A stretch of DNA of 64,000 nt from an uncultured virus (IMG/VR IMGVR_UViG_3300046713_000279) (taxonomy: Duplodnaviria; Heunggongvirae; Uroviricota; Caudoviricetes). A program made the translations under genes and the position numbers. Of the stretch, positions 1 to 8,852 are shown piece after piece. A model generated the notes under the pieces. That model did not search any database. It worked only from the letters and a program-made list of their open reading frames with translations, and was not told where the DNA came from. The stretch lies in IMG/VR virus record IMGVR_UViG_3300046713_000279. The stretch is one strand, 5' to 3'. Positions within the stretch are counted from its first letter, which is position 1. Each line of letters opens with the position of its first letter.

Positions 1-295
1 CCAGGCCATGGGGGACGTCATCGGCACCATCACCACGGTGCTCGACGTGGCCAGCGATGCTGCGCTGCCCGAGGTCGTGTGCCGCATCCAGCAGCTCCAG
101 GCGGTCGATCGCGGTCAACCCGTGCCGGTGTGCGCGGAGACGCCGCCCGGCTTGGGTGCGCCCTGGGCCCAGCGCGTGATGCCCGTCCTGCGGGGCTACG
201 TGTACGCCCAGCAGAACCAGTGGGTGTACCCGGTTGCCGTCCTGGCGGCGATCGGCCTGCCGATGTGGATCGGCTACGAACTGGGGAGGAAGTGA
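1..295 (+). CDS. Small membrane protein, probably 5'-truncated (putative virion protein)
   Basis: Frame is open to the window edge; C-terminal hydrophobic segment WVYPVAVLAAIGLPMWIGY followed by RK. Confidence 0.6.
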   Translation, partial: QAMGDVIGTITTVLDVASDAALPEVVCRIQQLQAVDRGQPVPVCAETPPGLGAPWAQRVMPVLRGYVYAQQNQWVYPVAVLAAIGLPMWIGYELGRK

Positions 296-297
296 CC

Positions 298-654
298 ATG
301 AAGACCTCGACGCTCCTGCTTCTCGGTGCGGCTGCCGCTGGCTACTACTTCTACAAGAAGAACGCCTCGGCGACGGCCGCCACGACGTCCGCAGTCACCG
401 CGACCACGGCGGCGTCATCCGGTAGCGACGCCTCGGCAGCGGACGTCGCCGCGGCGACCGATCCTTCGCAGACCGGCGCCAGCGCGATCGTGCCGGCGGT
501 CGTCATCATCCAGCCCGACGACTCCTATGACGCCTACTGGCCGGGCGGCGGGTGGGGGCCCTCGTGGGGCGGCCTCGTGGGTGGCGGTCATGGCCATCAC
601 GGCGGTCATGGCCATCACGGGGGTGGCCATGGTGGGCACGGAGGGCATCACTGA
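298..654 (+). CDS. N-terminally anchored Ala/Thr/Ser-rich protein with Gly/His-rich tail
   Basis: GGAGG RBS upstream; MKTSTLLLLGAAAAGYYFYKK; ends GGHGHHGGHGHHGGGHGGHGGHH; TGATG overlap with next gene. Confidence 0.7.
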   Translation: MKTSTLLLLGAAAAGYYFYKKNASATAATTSAVTATTAASSGSDASAADVAAATDPSQTGASAIVPAVVIIQPDDSYDAYWPGGGWGPSWGGLVGGGHGHHGGHGHHGGGHGGHGGHH

Positions 655-1211
655 TGGCCTACATGCGGGACCAGGACTACAGGACGCGTGGCGTCCGAGC
701 CATCGCGTCCGCCGACAACTCGCCATCGCGCCAGGCCCGGCGAGTGGACATGGCGCAGGCGACGCGCGCCCGAGATCGCGCCATGGCGCGGATCGCGCGA
801 GGCGCGCTGGGCGACCCGCTCACGCCATGGCTGACCCCGGGCGCCACGTACACCGCCTTCACCACCAACGTCGACATCACCCCCAAGCCGACGCCTACCT
901 TCAGCGTCTCGACGGGACCCCACCCGCAACCGACCGATCCGGGCCATATCGGGCCGCCGCCTCACCCGCAGCCCGCGCCGCCGGTATCACCGCCATCGTC
1001 ATCGCCCTCGAGTGGGGGCGGTGCGGGGGGATCAGGCGTCGCAATGGGGCCGGCTCCGGTGTCCGCGCCCATCCCGCCCATCCCGGTGCTCGACACGGGG
1101 GAGCCGGCCCAGACGATCCCCCCGCCCGACAACACCATGCGGAACGTGCTCATCGCCGCCGGGGCAGCGGTGGGCGCCTACTTCCTCTTCATCCGGGGGC
1201 GGTCGCCGTGA
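654..1211 (+). CDS. Pro-rich protein with C-terminal TM anchor (MAY...LG leader family)
   Basis: MAYMRDQ...RGALGD; ends VLIAAGAAVGAYFLFIRGRSP. Confidence 0.7.
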   Translation: MAYMRDQDYRTRGVRAIASADNSPSRQARRVDMAQATRARDRAMARIARGALGDPLTPWLTPGATYTAFTTNVDITPKPTPTFSVSTGPHPQPTDPGHIGPPPHPQPAPPVSPPSSSPSSGGGAGGSGVAMGPAPVSAPIPPIPVLDTGEPAQTIPPPDNTMRNVLIAAGAAVGAYFLFIRGRSP

Positions 1212-1468
1212 GTTACGCCATGCGCAAGACGCCGCGGTCGTCGTTCATGGTCGGACGCCGGGGCATGGGGGCGGCGGTTGCGACCGTCGTCGAGGAGACG
1301 CCGCCGATCATTTCGCCCCCGTTCAACCCGGGGGCCATCATCATTCCCTCCGGCGTGATGCCCATGACGCCGGCGCCCACGACCCCTGTCTCATCGTCGG
1401 GCCTTACTCGGTATGTCCTTTGGGGCGGGCTCGCCTATCTGGCATACTGGCTTTGGTCCAAGGAGTGA
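1208..1468 (+). CDS. Small C-terminally anchored membrane protein (leader family)
   Basis: GTGA overlap; MSYAMRK...RRGMGA; ends YVLWGGLAYLAYWLWSKE. Confidence 0.65.
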   Translation: MSYAMRKTPRSSFMVGRRGMGAAVATVVEETPPIISPPFNPGAIIIPSGVMPMTPAPTTPVSSSGLTRYVLWGGLAYLAYWLWSKE

Positions 1469-1472
1469 CCCC

Positions 1473-1895
1473 ATGGCCTACTACAAGCGCCTCCCCATCT
1501 CGACTCGCGCCGTGCCTCACAGGCGTGCGCTCCTGGGCATGGGGGGCTTCACCGATATAGACCAGTGCTCGACGATCCCGCTGGGGGACCCCTACCGGAA
1601 GCCGGGCAACTACTGCGCGACGCCCGATGGCGGAACCACCACGTTCAACGCGGACGGGACGACCTACCGCGCGCCAGGCTACGCGGTGGACCCAGATCCC
1701 GCCCATCCGGTCGGCACCCCGAGCTCGGGGTCCGGCGGCGGCATCATGGACAGCCTCACCCGCGTACTCACCGGGGCGTTCGCCCCGCCGCCCACGGTCA
1801 TCGTTCCGGGGGCGAGCGGCGGCATGTCCACCGGCACGATGCTGGCGCTGGCCGGCGGAGCGGTGCTGATCGCCGTCATGCTGGCGCGGCGCTGA
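1473..1895 (+). CDS. Small C-terminally anchored membrane protein (leader family)
   Basis: AAGGAG RBS; MAYYKR...LLGMGG; ends MLALAGGAVLIAVMLARR. Confidence 0.7.
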   Translation: MAYYKRLPISTRAVPHRRALLGMGGFTDIDQCSTIPLGDPYRKPGNYCATPDGGTTTFNADGTTYRAPGYAVDPDPAHPVGTPSSGSGGGIMDSLTRVLTGAFAPPPTVIVPGASGGMSTGTMLALAGGAVLIAVMLARR

Positions 1896-1907
1896 AAGGG
1901 GACTGCC

Positions 1908-2171
1908 ATGGCGTACATGCGAAACGACCTCATCGCCCGCACCGGCTACTCCGGGGTGGGGGATTGGTGGGACACTATCAGCAGCGCGGCGGGCGACGTG
2001 CTCAAGGTCTACGGGGCGACGCAGCAGGCCCAGGGCGCCGCAGCGCAGAGCACCCGGGACATGCAGGCGGCGCTGGCCGCGCAGAGCGGGCCCAGCACGA
2101 CCACCATCCTGCTCATCGGGGGGCTGGCGGTGGGAGCGTTCCTGCTACTGAGGCGGAAGAAGCCGGCCTAG
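1908..2171 (+). CDS. Small C-terminally anchored membrane protein (leader family)
   Basis: MAYMRN...YSGVGD; ends ILLIGGLAVGAFLLLRRKK. Confidence 0.75.
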   Translation: MAYMRNDLIARTGYSGVGDWWDTISSAAGDVLKVYGATQQAQGAAAQSTRDMQAALAAQSGPSTTTILLIGGLAVGAFLLLRRKKPA

Positions 2172-2178
2172 TGGGGCG

Positions 2179-2463
2179 TTACCACTCGGTGGAGCAGAGG
2201 AATCCGCGACCGTCCGACATAGCCCATTCCGATGCCGTTCTGGTTGCTTTGTCATCCCATCCCTGCCCGTTCACATTACGGATCGTGATCGGTGTGTCGC
2301 CGGGCACCTCGCTCCACTCGTCGAGCGACCAGCCTTCTTGCTCGAAGGTCGCTCCATAGTGTTGCTCGACGACAACCTGGGCGTCTTGAAGGCTGCGCGC
2401 AACCACCGTATCGGTTTCGTTCGTGAATACACGCAAACCGCCCGGCTCGCTCTCGTTCGTCAT
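2179..2463 (-). CDS. Hypothetical protein
   Basis: GAAAGGAG RBS before ATG at 2463; acidic 94-aa ORF. Confidence 0.6.
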   Translation of the reverse strand: MTNESEPGGLRVFTNETDTVVARSLQDAQVVVEQHYGATFEQEGWSLDEWSEVPGDTPITIRNVNGQGWDDKATRTASEWAMSDGRGFLCSTEW

Positions 2464-2522
2464 TGAACTCCTTTCGGTGGGAAAGGCTACCCGATCCCGG
2501 CGCCCTCCGGCTACCATAGGGC

Positions 2523-2861
2523 ATGGCGTCAGGTGAGATCGTCGTGCCCGAAGACATGCCCCCGGCGGAGATCGTACGGGGGATAGTTGCCTACCTGCGC
2601 AAGGAGGCCGCAGCGTTCGACCACTGCATCTCGGAGGGCGAGGCGCTCGGCGAGGACATGCGCTGGGCCAAGGTGAAGCGGATGTCGGTTGGCGTGATGG
2701 CCGAGCGCGTCGGGCGCGGTGACTGGCTGCGCCAAGCGTCGGCCGATGAAGAAGGGGATCCTCGACGCATCACATTGGACGATGCGAGTTGGCAGAAGTT
2801 CTGCACTGAAATGGAGCATCCCAGCCCGCCGAACGCGGCCCTACGTGCGCTGTTCAAGTGA
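2523..2861 (+). CDS. Hypothetical protein with DUF1778/TacA-like C-terminal segment
   Basis: Ends RRITLDDASWQKFCTEMEHPSPPNAALRALFK. Confidence 0.5.
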   Translation: MASGEIVVPEDMPPAEIVRGIVAYLRKEAAAFDHCISEGEALGEDMRWAKVKRMSVGVMAERVGRGDWLRQASADEEGDPRRITLDDASWQKFCTEMEHPSPPNAALRALFK

Positions 2862-2878
2862 GCCGACCCGAGGATTCC

Positions 2879-3421
2879 ATGTCCAAGACCCTGAACGTCG
2901 ACCTGTCCGACCCCCGCGTACGGGATATGCTGGGCGGTCCATCGTCTCTTGCCAGTGGAAAGCGCGAGGTGGTGCAACTCGCCGGGGACCCGGCCAACCC
3001 GACCCCCGCCGGGCTCCAGTCCACCACCCACCTCACCGGGGGCAAGCAGGAGGTGGTGGTGGTCTACGGGGACCTGCTGATGACCCTGGACGTCTACGCC
3101 CTGCCGGGGGAGCCCATGCGGGTGCAGATCATCTGCCCCCGGTGCCGCAAGCACTCGACCATCCGGGGGGACCAGAAGAAGATCGAGTACGAGCCGACGT
3201 CGCTGAACCCCAGGGCCGCCCTGGTCAAGGCGATGGTCGGTCACTCGCAGGCCGAGCTCGACCTGGTCACGGCCGCGCAGTTCGGACGCCTCTCGATCGA
3301 GCCCTTCGAGTGCGCATGGGAGATCGGCGACGCCCCGCACGTGGCCGGCGCGGTGCACACCGGGGCGTCGCTCTGCCGCCTTCGGCTCGCCATCGAGAAC
3401 AACCGCGCCAGGGAGGTGTGA
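2879..3421 (+). CDS. Hypothetical protein with CxxC
   Basis: GAGGA RBS; CPRC; GC3-biased codons. Confidence 0.6.
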   Translation: MSKTLNVDLSDPRVRDMLGGPSSLASGKREVVQLAGDPANPTPAGLQSTTHLTGGKQEVVVVYGDLLMTLDVYALPGEPMRVQIICPRCRKHSTIRGDQKKIEYEPTSLNPRAALVKAMVGHSQAELDLVTAAQFGRLSIEPFECAWEIGDAPHVAGAVHTGASLCRLRLAIENNRAREV

Positions 3422-3423
3422 GG

Positions 3424-3627
3424 ATGCCTAGAACGCATGGATATCGGCTGGTCAGGAATGCGGTGGTCGACGGGCGGGCGCCCGCTGCCGGCGCGACCAT
3501 CGTTGACCCCCGGACGCTCACGACCGACGCCCTGTATCACACCAAGAAGATCCATTCGAGGGCCGAGTTCCTCGACTTCCTCCGCGATGCGAGCGGGGCG
3601 CTTCCGGACGTAGACAGGGGCCGGTGA
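3424..3627 (+). CDS. Hypothetical protein
   Basis: GGAGG RBS; fills the gap in the operon. Confidence 0.45.
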   Translation: MPRTHGYRLVRNAVVDGRAPAAGATIVDPRTLTTDALYHTKKIHSRAEFLDFLRDASGALPDVDRGR

Positions 3628-3630
3628 GCC

Positions 3631-4497
3631 ATGCCATCGCACGAGCAGGAACTCGAGGGCTACATCCTCCAGGGGATGGCGCACGCGATCTGGGGCCACG
3701 CCTTCATCCAGTGGGCCACCAATGTCGAGCCCCCGTCGGACCTTCACGGCGCGACGTGGGCCGAGGTCACGCCGCCCACGGACCCATCGGCCATGAAGGC
3801 CGCCAAGGAGTTCTCTGCAGGCATCGGAACGCTCAACGATCTGGGTGTGCGCCCGATGGTCAAGATGTTCCTGGCGTCGCGCAGGTACGCGCAGCCGCGG
3901 CGGAGTTCGACCAGGGCAACCGAGGCCGACCAGGCCTTCCAGTTCGGGTCGGACGTGGCCCAGGCGTGTCTGGGGACGCTCGACGTGCCCGAGATCGGCC
4001 AGTACAAACTACCCGAGATGAAGGCCGAGCTAGACGATGATGGAACACACCTGTCCTGGGATGAGGGCTGGTTATGGCACCGCGAGGCCCCCCAACCGAA
4101 CCCCGGCCCTCAGGGGGTTCGGGCGCGCGTGTGGCCCTCGCGTAACCCTGGGCGCGTCGCGCCCGAGGTGCCCCTCCAGCAGTTTGCGGCCGACGTGAAC
4201 GCCGAATTGCCGTATGTCGTGGCCGAGCGGGGAGACGGCGCCAAGGGCCGCTTCGGTGACCGCAAGGTGTTCATCGCAGCTGTGTGGCGCCAACTCCGAA
4301 CATCGCCCGCGTTCGATGGGATGACCCTGGCTAAGTTCAAGGACCGACTCGTCGAAGCGCACAGGCAGCGACTGCTCGAACTCGCGCGTGCAGATCTCGT
4401 CGCAGCCATGGACTCCAGGGAGGTCGCCGAGTCGGAGTGGGTGGATCCGGATGGGGGCCGCTCCTACCACTTCGTGGTCGACCGATCAGTGCCATGA
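3631..4497 (+). CDS. Two-domain hypothetical protein
   Basis: 288 aa; C-terminal domain GRFGDRKVFIAAVWR...FKDRLVEAHRQRLLELARADLVAAMD. Confidence 0.65.
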   Translation: MPSHEQELEGYILQGMAHAIWGHAFIQWATNVEPPSDLHGATWAEVTPPTDPSAMKAAKEFSAGIGTLNDLGVRPMVKMFLASRRYAQPRRSSTRATEADQAFQFGSDVAQACLGTLDVPEIGQYKLPEMKAELDDDGTHLSWDEGWLWHREAPQPNPGPQGVRARVWPSRNPGRVAPEVPLQQFAADVNAELPYVVAERGDGAKGRFGDRKVFIAAVWRQLRTSPAFDGMTLAKFKDRLVEAHRQRLLELARADLVAAMDSREVAESEWVDPDGGRSYHFVVDRSVP

Positions 4498-5108
4498 CGT
4501 ACGCGCGTCTCCGCAGGCCGGCGCTGGGCGCAACCCCGGTCGAGACCCCCGCCCCCCAGCCGGGCAGGCCCCAGCCGCCCATCTACCCGCTTCAGGTGGG
4601 CGACCACGGTGCCTGGCTCGAGGTGCGCTCCACGCCCGCGGATGGCTCCTGCGGCGTCCACGGGTACCCCTGCAAGCATCCTGGCGTGGACGTCGCCGGC
4701 GCGGCCGGCACGTCCGTGGTGGCGCCAGAGAGCGGCGCCGTGGTGGCAGCGGGGAGCGGCGCCTCGGCCCCCTTCGTGGGCTATGGGCCCTGGTTCGTCA
4801 TCATCCAGGGGCAGGAGAGCGACAAGTTCCACCTGCTGGCGCACCTGGACCCCGTAACGGCCTCGATGGCACCCACGGGCACTCAGGTAGTGGCTGGTGA
4901 CCAGGTCGGCATCACGAGCTCGGCCAACCACACCCACTGGGAAGTGCGAGACGAGATGGTGCCGGACTTCGCAGCGGGAGAGGACAACTTCACCAACAAC
5001 GAAGACCCGCTGGCGTGGCTGTCAGGCGCCTCGATGGGGATCTTCGGGACCGCCCTGCTGGTCGGCGGTGCTGCGCTGTTCCTGTGGCTCCTGTTCAGCG
5101 ACGGGTGA
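4494..5108 (+). CDS. M23-family peptidase with C-terminal TM anchor
   Basis: HPGVD (HxxxD) and HTH (HxH) zinc motifs; LAHL; C-terminal TM; MTY...ALGA leader. Confidence 0.85.
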   Translation: MTYARLRRPALGATPVETPAPQPGRPQPPIYPLQVGDHGAWLEVRSTPADGSCGVHGYPCKHPGVDVAGAAGTSVVAPESGAVVAAGSGASAPFVGYGPWFVIIQGQESDKFHLLAHLDPVTASMAPTGTQVVAGDQVGITSSANHTHWEVRDEMVPDFAAGEDNFTNNEDPLAWLSGASMGIFGTALLVGGAALFLWLLFSDG

Positions 5109-5615
5109 TGTCGTAACGACCGACTGCCCGTAGCCCGGGAGTTTGTAAACGCTGCGCATCAAGTTGTCTGTCGTGATGGGGCCGGGCGCCCGGCGCGCCA
5201 CCACGGTCACGACGCCCAGCGGTTCGCCGACGTCGTAGATGGTCCGCATCGGCTCGCCGTCGACAAGGACATCACCGAGTTCGGCACACCCTGAGTAACT
5301 GCCAGGGTTGACGTACGCGCGCGGGAAGTCGCACTCTACGCACGAGGCATGGCCCGCGGCCGTTCGGCACGCTGCCGAGGTGAAGCAGGTCAGTTTCGGT
5401 TCAGCGAACAGCCGCTCTGCCTCGGCCGCCTGTGTGCGCTTCTGGTTGAGCGGGTGGTTGTCCGACCACTCCACCTCGCGCGTCTCGATCGCCAGAACGG
5501 TCGGCGCGATGCAGTGGTTGGGGTAACGCGTGTACTGGAGGTGTTGCGCGACGGCGGCGGCGCCGACCTCGTCGTGATCAACGATGAGCAGCGTGACCCT
5601 GTGAACCTGAACCAT
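5022..5615 (-). CDS. Hypothetical protein
   Basis: GAAAGGGAG RBS before ATG 5615; contains CVECDFPRAY; 3' end overlaps the M23 gene. Confidence 0.5.
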   Translation of the reverse strand: MVQVHRVTLLIVDHDEVGAAAVAQHLQYTRYPNHCIAPTVLAIETREVEWSDNHPLNQKRTQAAEAERLFAEPKLTCFTSAACRTAAGHASCVECDFPRAYVNPGSYSGCAELGDVLVDGEPMRTIYDVGEPLGVVTVVARRAPGPITTDNLMRSVYKLPGYGQSVVTTSPVAEQEPQEQRSTADQQGGPEDPHRGA

Positions 5616-5832
5616 AACTCCCTTTCCTGCAGCCGGTGCCCGGCCTGCAACTGAAGTAGCACCCGTCGTAGTAGACCTGCACGGTGAGGTTGCCCGCGAT
5701 GCGACGCTTCCGGCAGCAGACCGTGCGGATCGGCCGACGCCTGGGGTTGCGGATGATGATGCGTCCGGTGCCGATCTCAACGTGGTAGCGCGTCGCGGAT
5801 TGGTGCGCGGACCTGTAGAGGTGGACCATCAC
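5578..5832 (-). CDS. Small Cys/Arg-rich hypothetical protein
   Basis: Fits the minus-strand block. Confidence 0.4.
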   Translation of the reverse strand: MMVHLYRSAHQSATRYHVEIGTGRIIIRNPRRRPIRTVCCRKRRIAGNLTVQVYYDGCYFSCRPGTGCRKGSYGSGSQGHAAHR

Positions 5833-5835
5833 GGG

Positions 5836-6774
5836 TCAGTCGATGTCCTGCAGATCCACCAGCACGCGCCTGCGCTCGCGCTCCTGGCTGTCCCTCACCT
5901 TGGCGCGGAGCTCGGCGGACCAATGGGCGGAGATGGCGGCGCGATGGCGGGCGGTGAACCACCGTCTGACGGGGAGTTCATCGCCCTGTCGGTATAGCGC
6001 GTCCCAGCCGAGCAAGTCTCGCAGCGTGTATCCGTCGTACACGACGTCGAGCGGGTCGGGCTCCGTGTACCGCTCCTTGACCATCCCGTCGCGCATCGGT
6101 TCGCTGTGGCGCTTGAGGCCGACCCCGGGGCGCGGGATGCGCCGAAGGGTGCCCGGTTCCGCGCAGACATCCAGGCGTCGGCCTCGGTACCATCCATCCT
6201 CGCCTCTGAAGTCGCCGATCTGAATCCGCGCGGTCTCCAACGGGTTCAGCAAGAGCTCGCCCTCGATCCACACCTGGCCGGCGGGATACAGCGGGTTGTC
6301 CCACCGCACGTAGTCGCCGGCCTTCAGCGGGATCTGGTGGGACTGGAACGACCCGTCGCGCAGCATGACGCTGACCGTGCCGAACGGGACGCCGGTGCTC
6401 CCGGTCACCAACATCGCTGTCCCGCCGACGTATACGACGTCCATGTCGAAAGCGTCCGACACGCAGTCGGGGTGCGCGTACGCTCTCGGGTATCCGCACC
6501 CCGTGCAAGACCCACCGCCAGGGTTCCCAGCGGCGCAGCGCCCGCATCCCCGGTTCGCGGCCTTAGTGACCAGCCGCACGGTGCCGAGTCGCGGGAAGAC
6601 GTTCAGACCGGCTCGCAAGGCGTCCTCCGCCGCCGGCCAGTTGTACGCGGTGATGACGGTCATGGCGTCCAGCGTTGCGGTGACGCACCCCTCGCACCAG
6701 CTGTCCGCCAGATTCCACCGCACCAAATCGCCAGCCTTGAAATCTCCCTCCCAGATGTCGCTCAGCTTCGTCAT
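5836..6774 (-). CDS. Hypothetical multi-domain protein
   Basis: GAAAGGAG RBS; two (K)AGDxVRW repeats; CGRC and CTGC motifs. Confidence 0.65.
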   Translation of the reverse strand: MTKLSDIWEGDFKAGDLVRWNLADSWCEGCVTATLDAMTVITAYNWPAAEDALRAGLNVFPRLGTVRLVTKAANRGCGRCAAGNPGGGSCTGCGYPRAYAHPDCVSDAFDMDVVYVGGTAMLVTGSTGVPFGTVSVMLRDGSFQSHQIPLKAGDYVRWDNPLYPAGQVWIEGELLLNPLETARIQIGDFRGEDGWYRGRRLDVCAEPGTLRRIPRPGVGLKRHSEPMRDGMVKERYTEPDPLDVVYDGYTLRDLLGWDALYRQGDELPVRRWFTARHRAAISAHWSAELRAKVRDSQERERRRVLVDLQDID

Positions 6775-6909
6775 GTCGATCTCCTTTCCGCTGTCATGTT
6801 ACCCGATCTCCACGAAGCGCCGCCATGTAGGCGGCCGTACACGGATGTAGAACATGGGCCAACGGGCGGCACTTCCGCTGGGCGTCTGGGTTGTGGCATG
6901 GTGGTGGGC

Positions 6910-7281
6910 ATGAAGACCATGGCGCTCGAGTTCATGCTGTCGTGGGATGCAATTGTTTCTGTCGGACTCCCCGCTCGGCAAGGCGTCTCGCCGGATGGCG
7001 GCGTCCATTCGGTCCGCTGTCGCCTGATCGTGAACGAGATCACCGACACCCAGGTCTTTTGGCGAGACCGTAACGAGCTCGGGGAGGAGGTCTGGCGCGG
7101 AGGCCACGGATACTCGGGGCCCTCGTTGCTGTTCAACCACCTCTGGGTCGAACAAGCGACCATCATCTCCTATGGTCTCTGTCGCCTCGCATCGATGCTC
7201 GTCGGGAGTCCATCGCTCGCGACTCTCGCCACCCGCGAACTCCCCAACGGCGCCATCGTGTTCGACCTCGGCACGGTGTAG
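6910..7281 (+). CDS. Hypothetical protein
   Basis: Protein-like composition from MKTMALEF. Confidence 0.45.
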   Translation: MKTMALEFMLSWDAIVSVGLPARQGVSPDGGVHSVRCRLIVNEITDTQVFWRDRNELGEEVWRGGHGYSGPSLLFNHLWVEQATIISYGLCRLASMLVGSPSLATLATRELPNGAIVFDLGTV

Positions 7282-7487
7282 CCGGTGGCGGCCCTCTACC
7301 AACAATGGCACGTGGTGCTCACTTGGATGGAACCGGATGGGTTCGAGACGACGGGTGTCTGCATGCCTTTCGTCCCTGTTGAGATCGGACAGCCCGGAGC
7401 CATCGATCAGGCCTGCCACTCGTTCGCGGTCGATCTCGCCAAGTGCACCGCGAGAGCAACCGCAGTCGGGGCTCCCTGCGAGAGGCC

Positions 7488-7646
7488 ATGAAGATCACCT
7501 ATCACAAGCCCGCCGCCAGCGGCGTCAACCAACTCATGTACGTCGGCGACGACGCGGCCGTGGAGAGCGCCACGGGTGGCCTGTCCATGCCGGTCAAGGT
7601 CGCGATCGCGGCTGTCGCGGCGTGGCTCCTGCTCTGGAGGAAGTGA
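7488..7646 (+). CDS. Very small C-terminally anchored membrane protein
   Basis: MKITYHK...MYVGDD...VAIAAVAAWLLLWRK; GAGG RBS. Confidence 0.6.
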   Translation: MKITYHKPAASGVNQLMYVGDDAAVESATGGLSMPVKVAIAAVAAWLLLWRK

Positions 7647-7647
7647 G

Positions 7648-8274
7648 ATGTCCGACATCCGCAAAGAATTGGCCAAGCTCTCCAGTGAGTCCGTAGCGCG
7701 CATCTGGGACGCGCTTCATGATTTGAAGGACGGCGCGCTCCACAATGCCTGCCAGGCGATCGTCTGGGACCGTCATGCGACAATGGGCGAAGAATGGCCC
7801 ACATCGAACGCTGACATCGGTCCGATCAGCCTCGTAGTCGAGGGGATTGAGCACGAATGGCAACCCGGCATCCGGTCCCATCGCGTGCGCAGCTACTGCC
7901 GGACCGTGCGAGGAACGAAGCCCGACGATCCCGCCCACAAGGTGGCCCGCGTGCTTGACTGGTCCTACGTCGATGTCCAGGGCCGCGAGCGGCGGTTTTC
8001 GGATATGGAGTGCAGTTGCGGCGCCTCCGGTGACCGCATGCACCTAGGAGTTGTGCGCTGCACTAGCGAAGCCAACGTGTGGCCGGTTGCCACCATTCCC
8101 GGCGTGAACAACGGCCATCCGGTCTTCGTCGTCTGCAAGTACGCCGAGCATGCCCAGGACCCCATGCACGCGCCCAGCGGTAGCGGCGAACGCTGCATCT
8201 GTGGTGGTAGCCTGGGCAAATGGAACGAGTGGGCGGACACCCCTGCCACCGACAAGTACCTGCCCGTGCAGTAG
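7648..8274 (+). CDS. Cys/His-rich hypothetical protein
   Basis: GGAGG RBS; CSCG and CICG motifs. Confidence 0.55.
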   Translation: MSDIRKELAKLSSESVARIWDALHDLKDGALHNACQAIVWDRHATMGEEWPTSNADIGPISLVVEGIEHEWQPGIRSHRVRSYCRTVRGTKPDDPAHKVARVLDWSYVDVQGRERRFSDMECSCGASGDRMHLGVVRCTSEANVWPVATIPGVNNGHPVFVVCKYAEHAQDPMHAPSGSGERCICGGSLGKWNEWADTPATDKYLPVQ

Positions 8275-8289
8275 GGAGACGAGTCGCCC

Positions 8290-8823
8290 ATGGCCCGCCG
8301 TTTCATCCGCTACCTTGCCGCCACCGACTCCTCCCCCATCGGCATGCTGGCCCTGGGGTACCTGAGCGGCCTCCTCCGCATCGCCCCGGTGCGCGTCGGA
8401 TCCATGACGGGGGGCGTGACCGGCCGGTGGGAGCACTACGCGCAGCTGCTGGCCACGCCAATGGATGGGGACTTCGTGAACGTGGTCTGCTGTGCCCCAG
8501 AGCGGTGGACGTGGGAGCAGCGGGTCGTCATGCCCACGCGACGTCCGGACGGCACGGTCGACCCCGCATTCCGGGTAGCCAGCGCCCGCCAGGAGCTCTA
8601 CACGGAGGGCAAGCGCAACGTTCTCCTGCCCGGTCACTATCCGCCAGAGACCCATCTCGTCCTCGCCGCACTTCGCTACGAGGCGCTCGTGGTGCCGGAT
8701 CTCGTCTCGCGCGACTTCTGGTCGAGCATGGCGCGGTCTCGCGACCTTCCGGACAGGGTGACCGTGATCCCGCTCCCCATCACCGACCACGAGGCGCTCC
8801 GCTGCGTGGTCATGCCACCCTGA
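8290..8823 (+). CDS. Hypothetical protein, possibly a glycosyltransferase-like N-terminal domain
   Basis: GGAG RBS; beta-loop-helix start IRYLAATDSSPIGMLALGYL (weak resemblance only). Confidence 0.45.
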   Translation: MARRFIRYLAATDSSPIGMLALGYLSGLLRIAPVRVGSMTGGVTGRWEHYAQLLATPMDGDFVNVVCCAPERWTWEQRVVMPTRRPDGTVDPAFRVASARQELYTEGKRNVLLPGHYPPETHLVLAALRYEALVVPDLVSRDFWSSMARSRDLPDRVTVIPLPITDHEALRCVVMPP

Positions 8824-8852
8824 CTTGCCACTGAAAAGGAGATTGCAACGAG

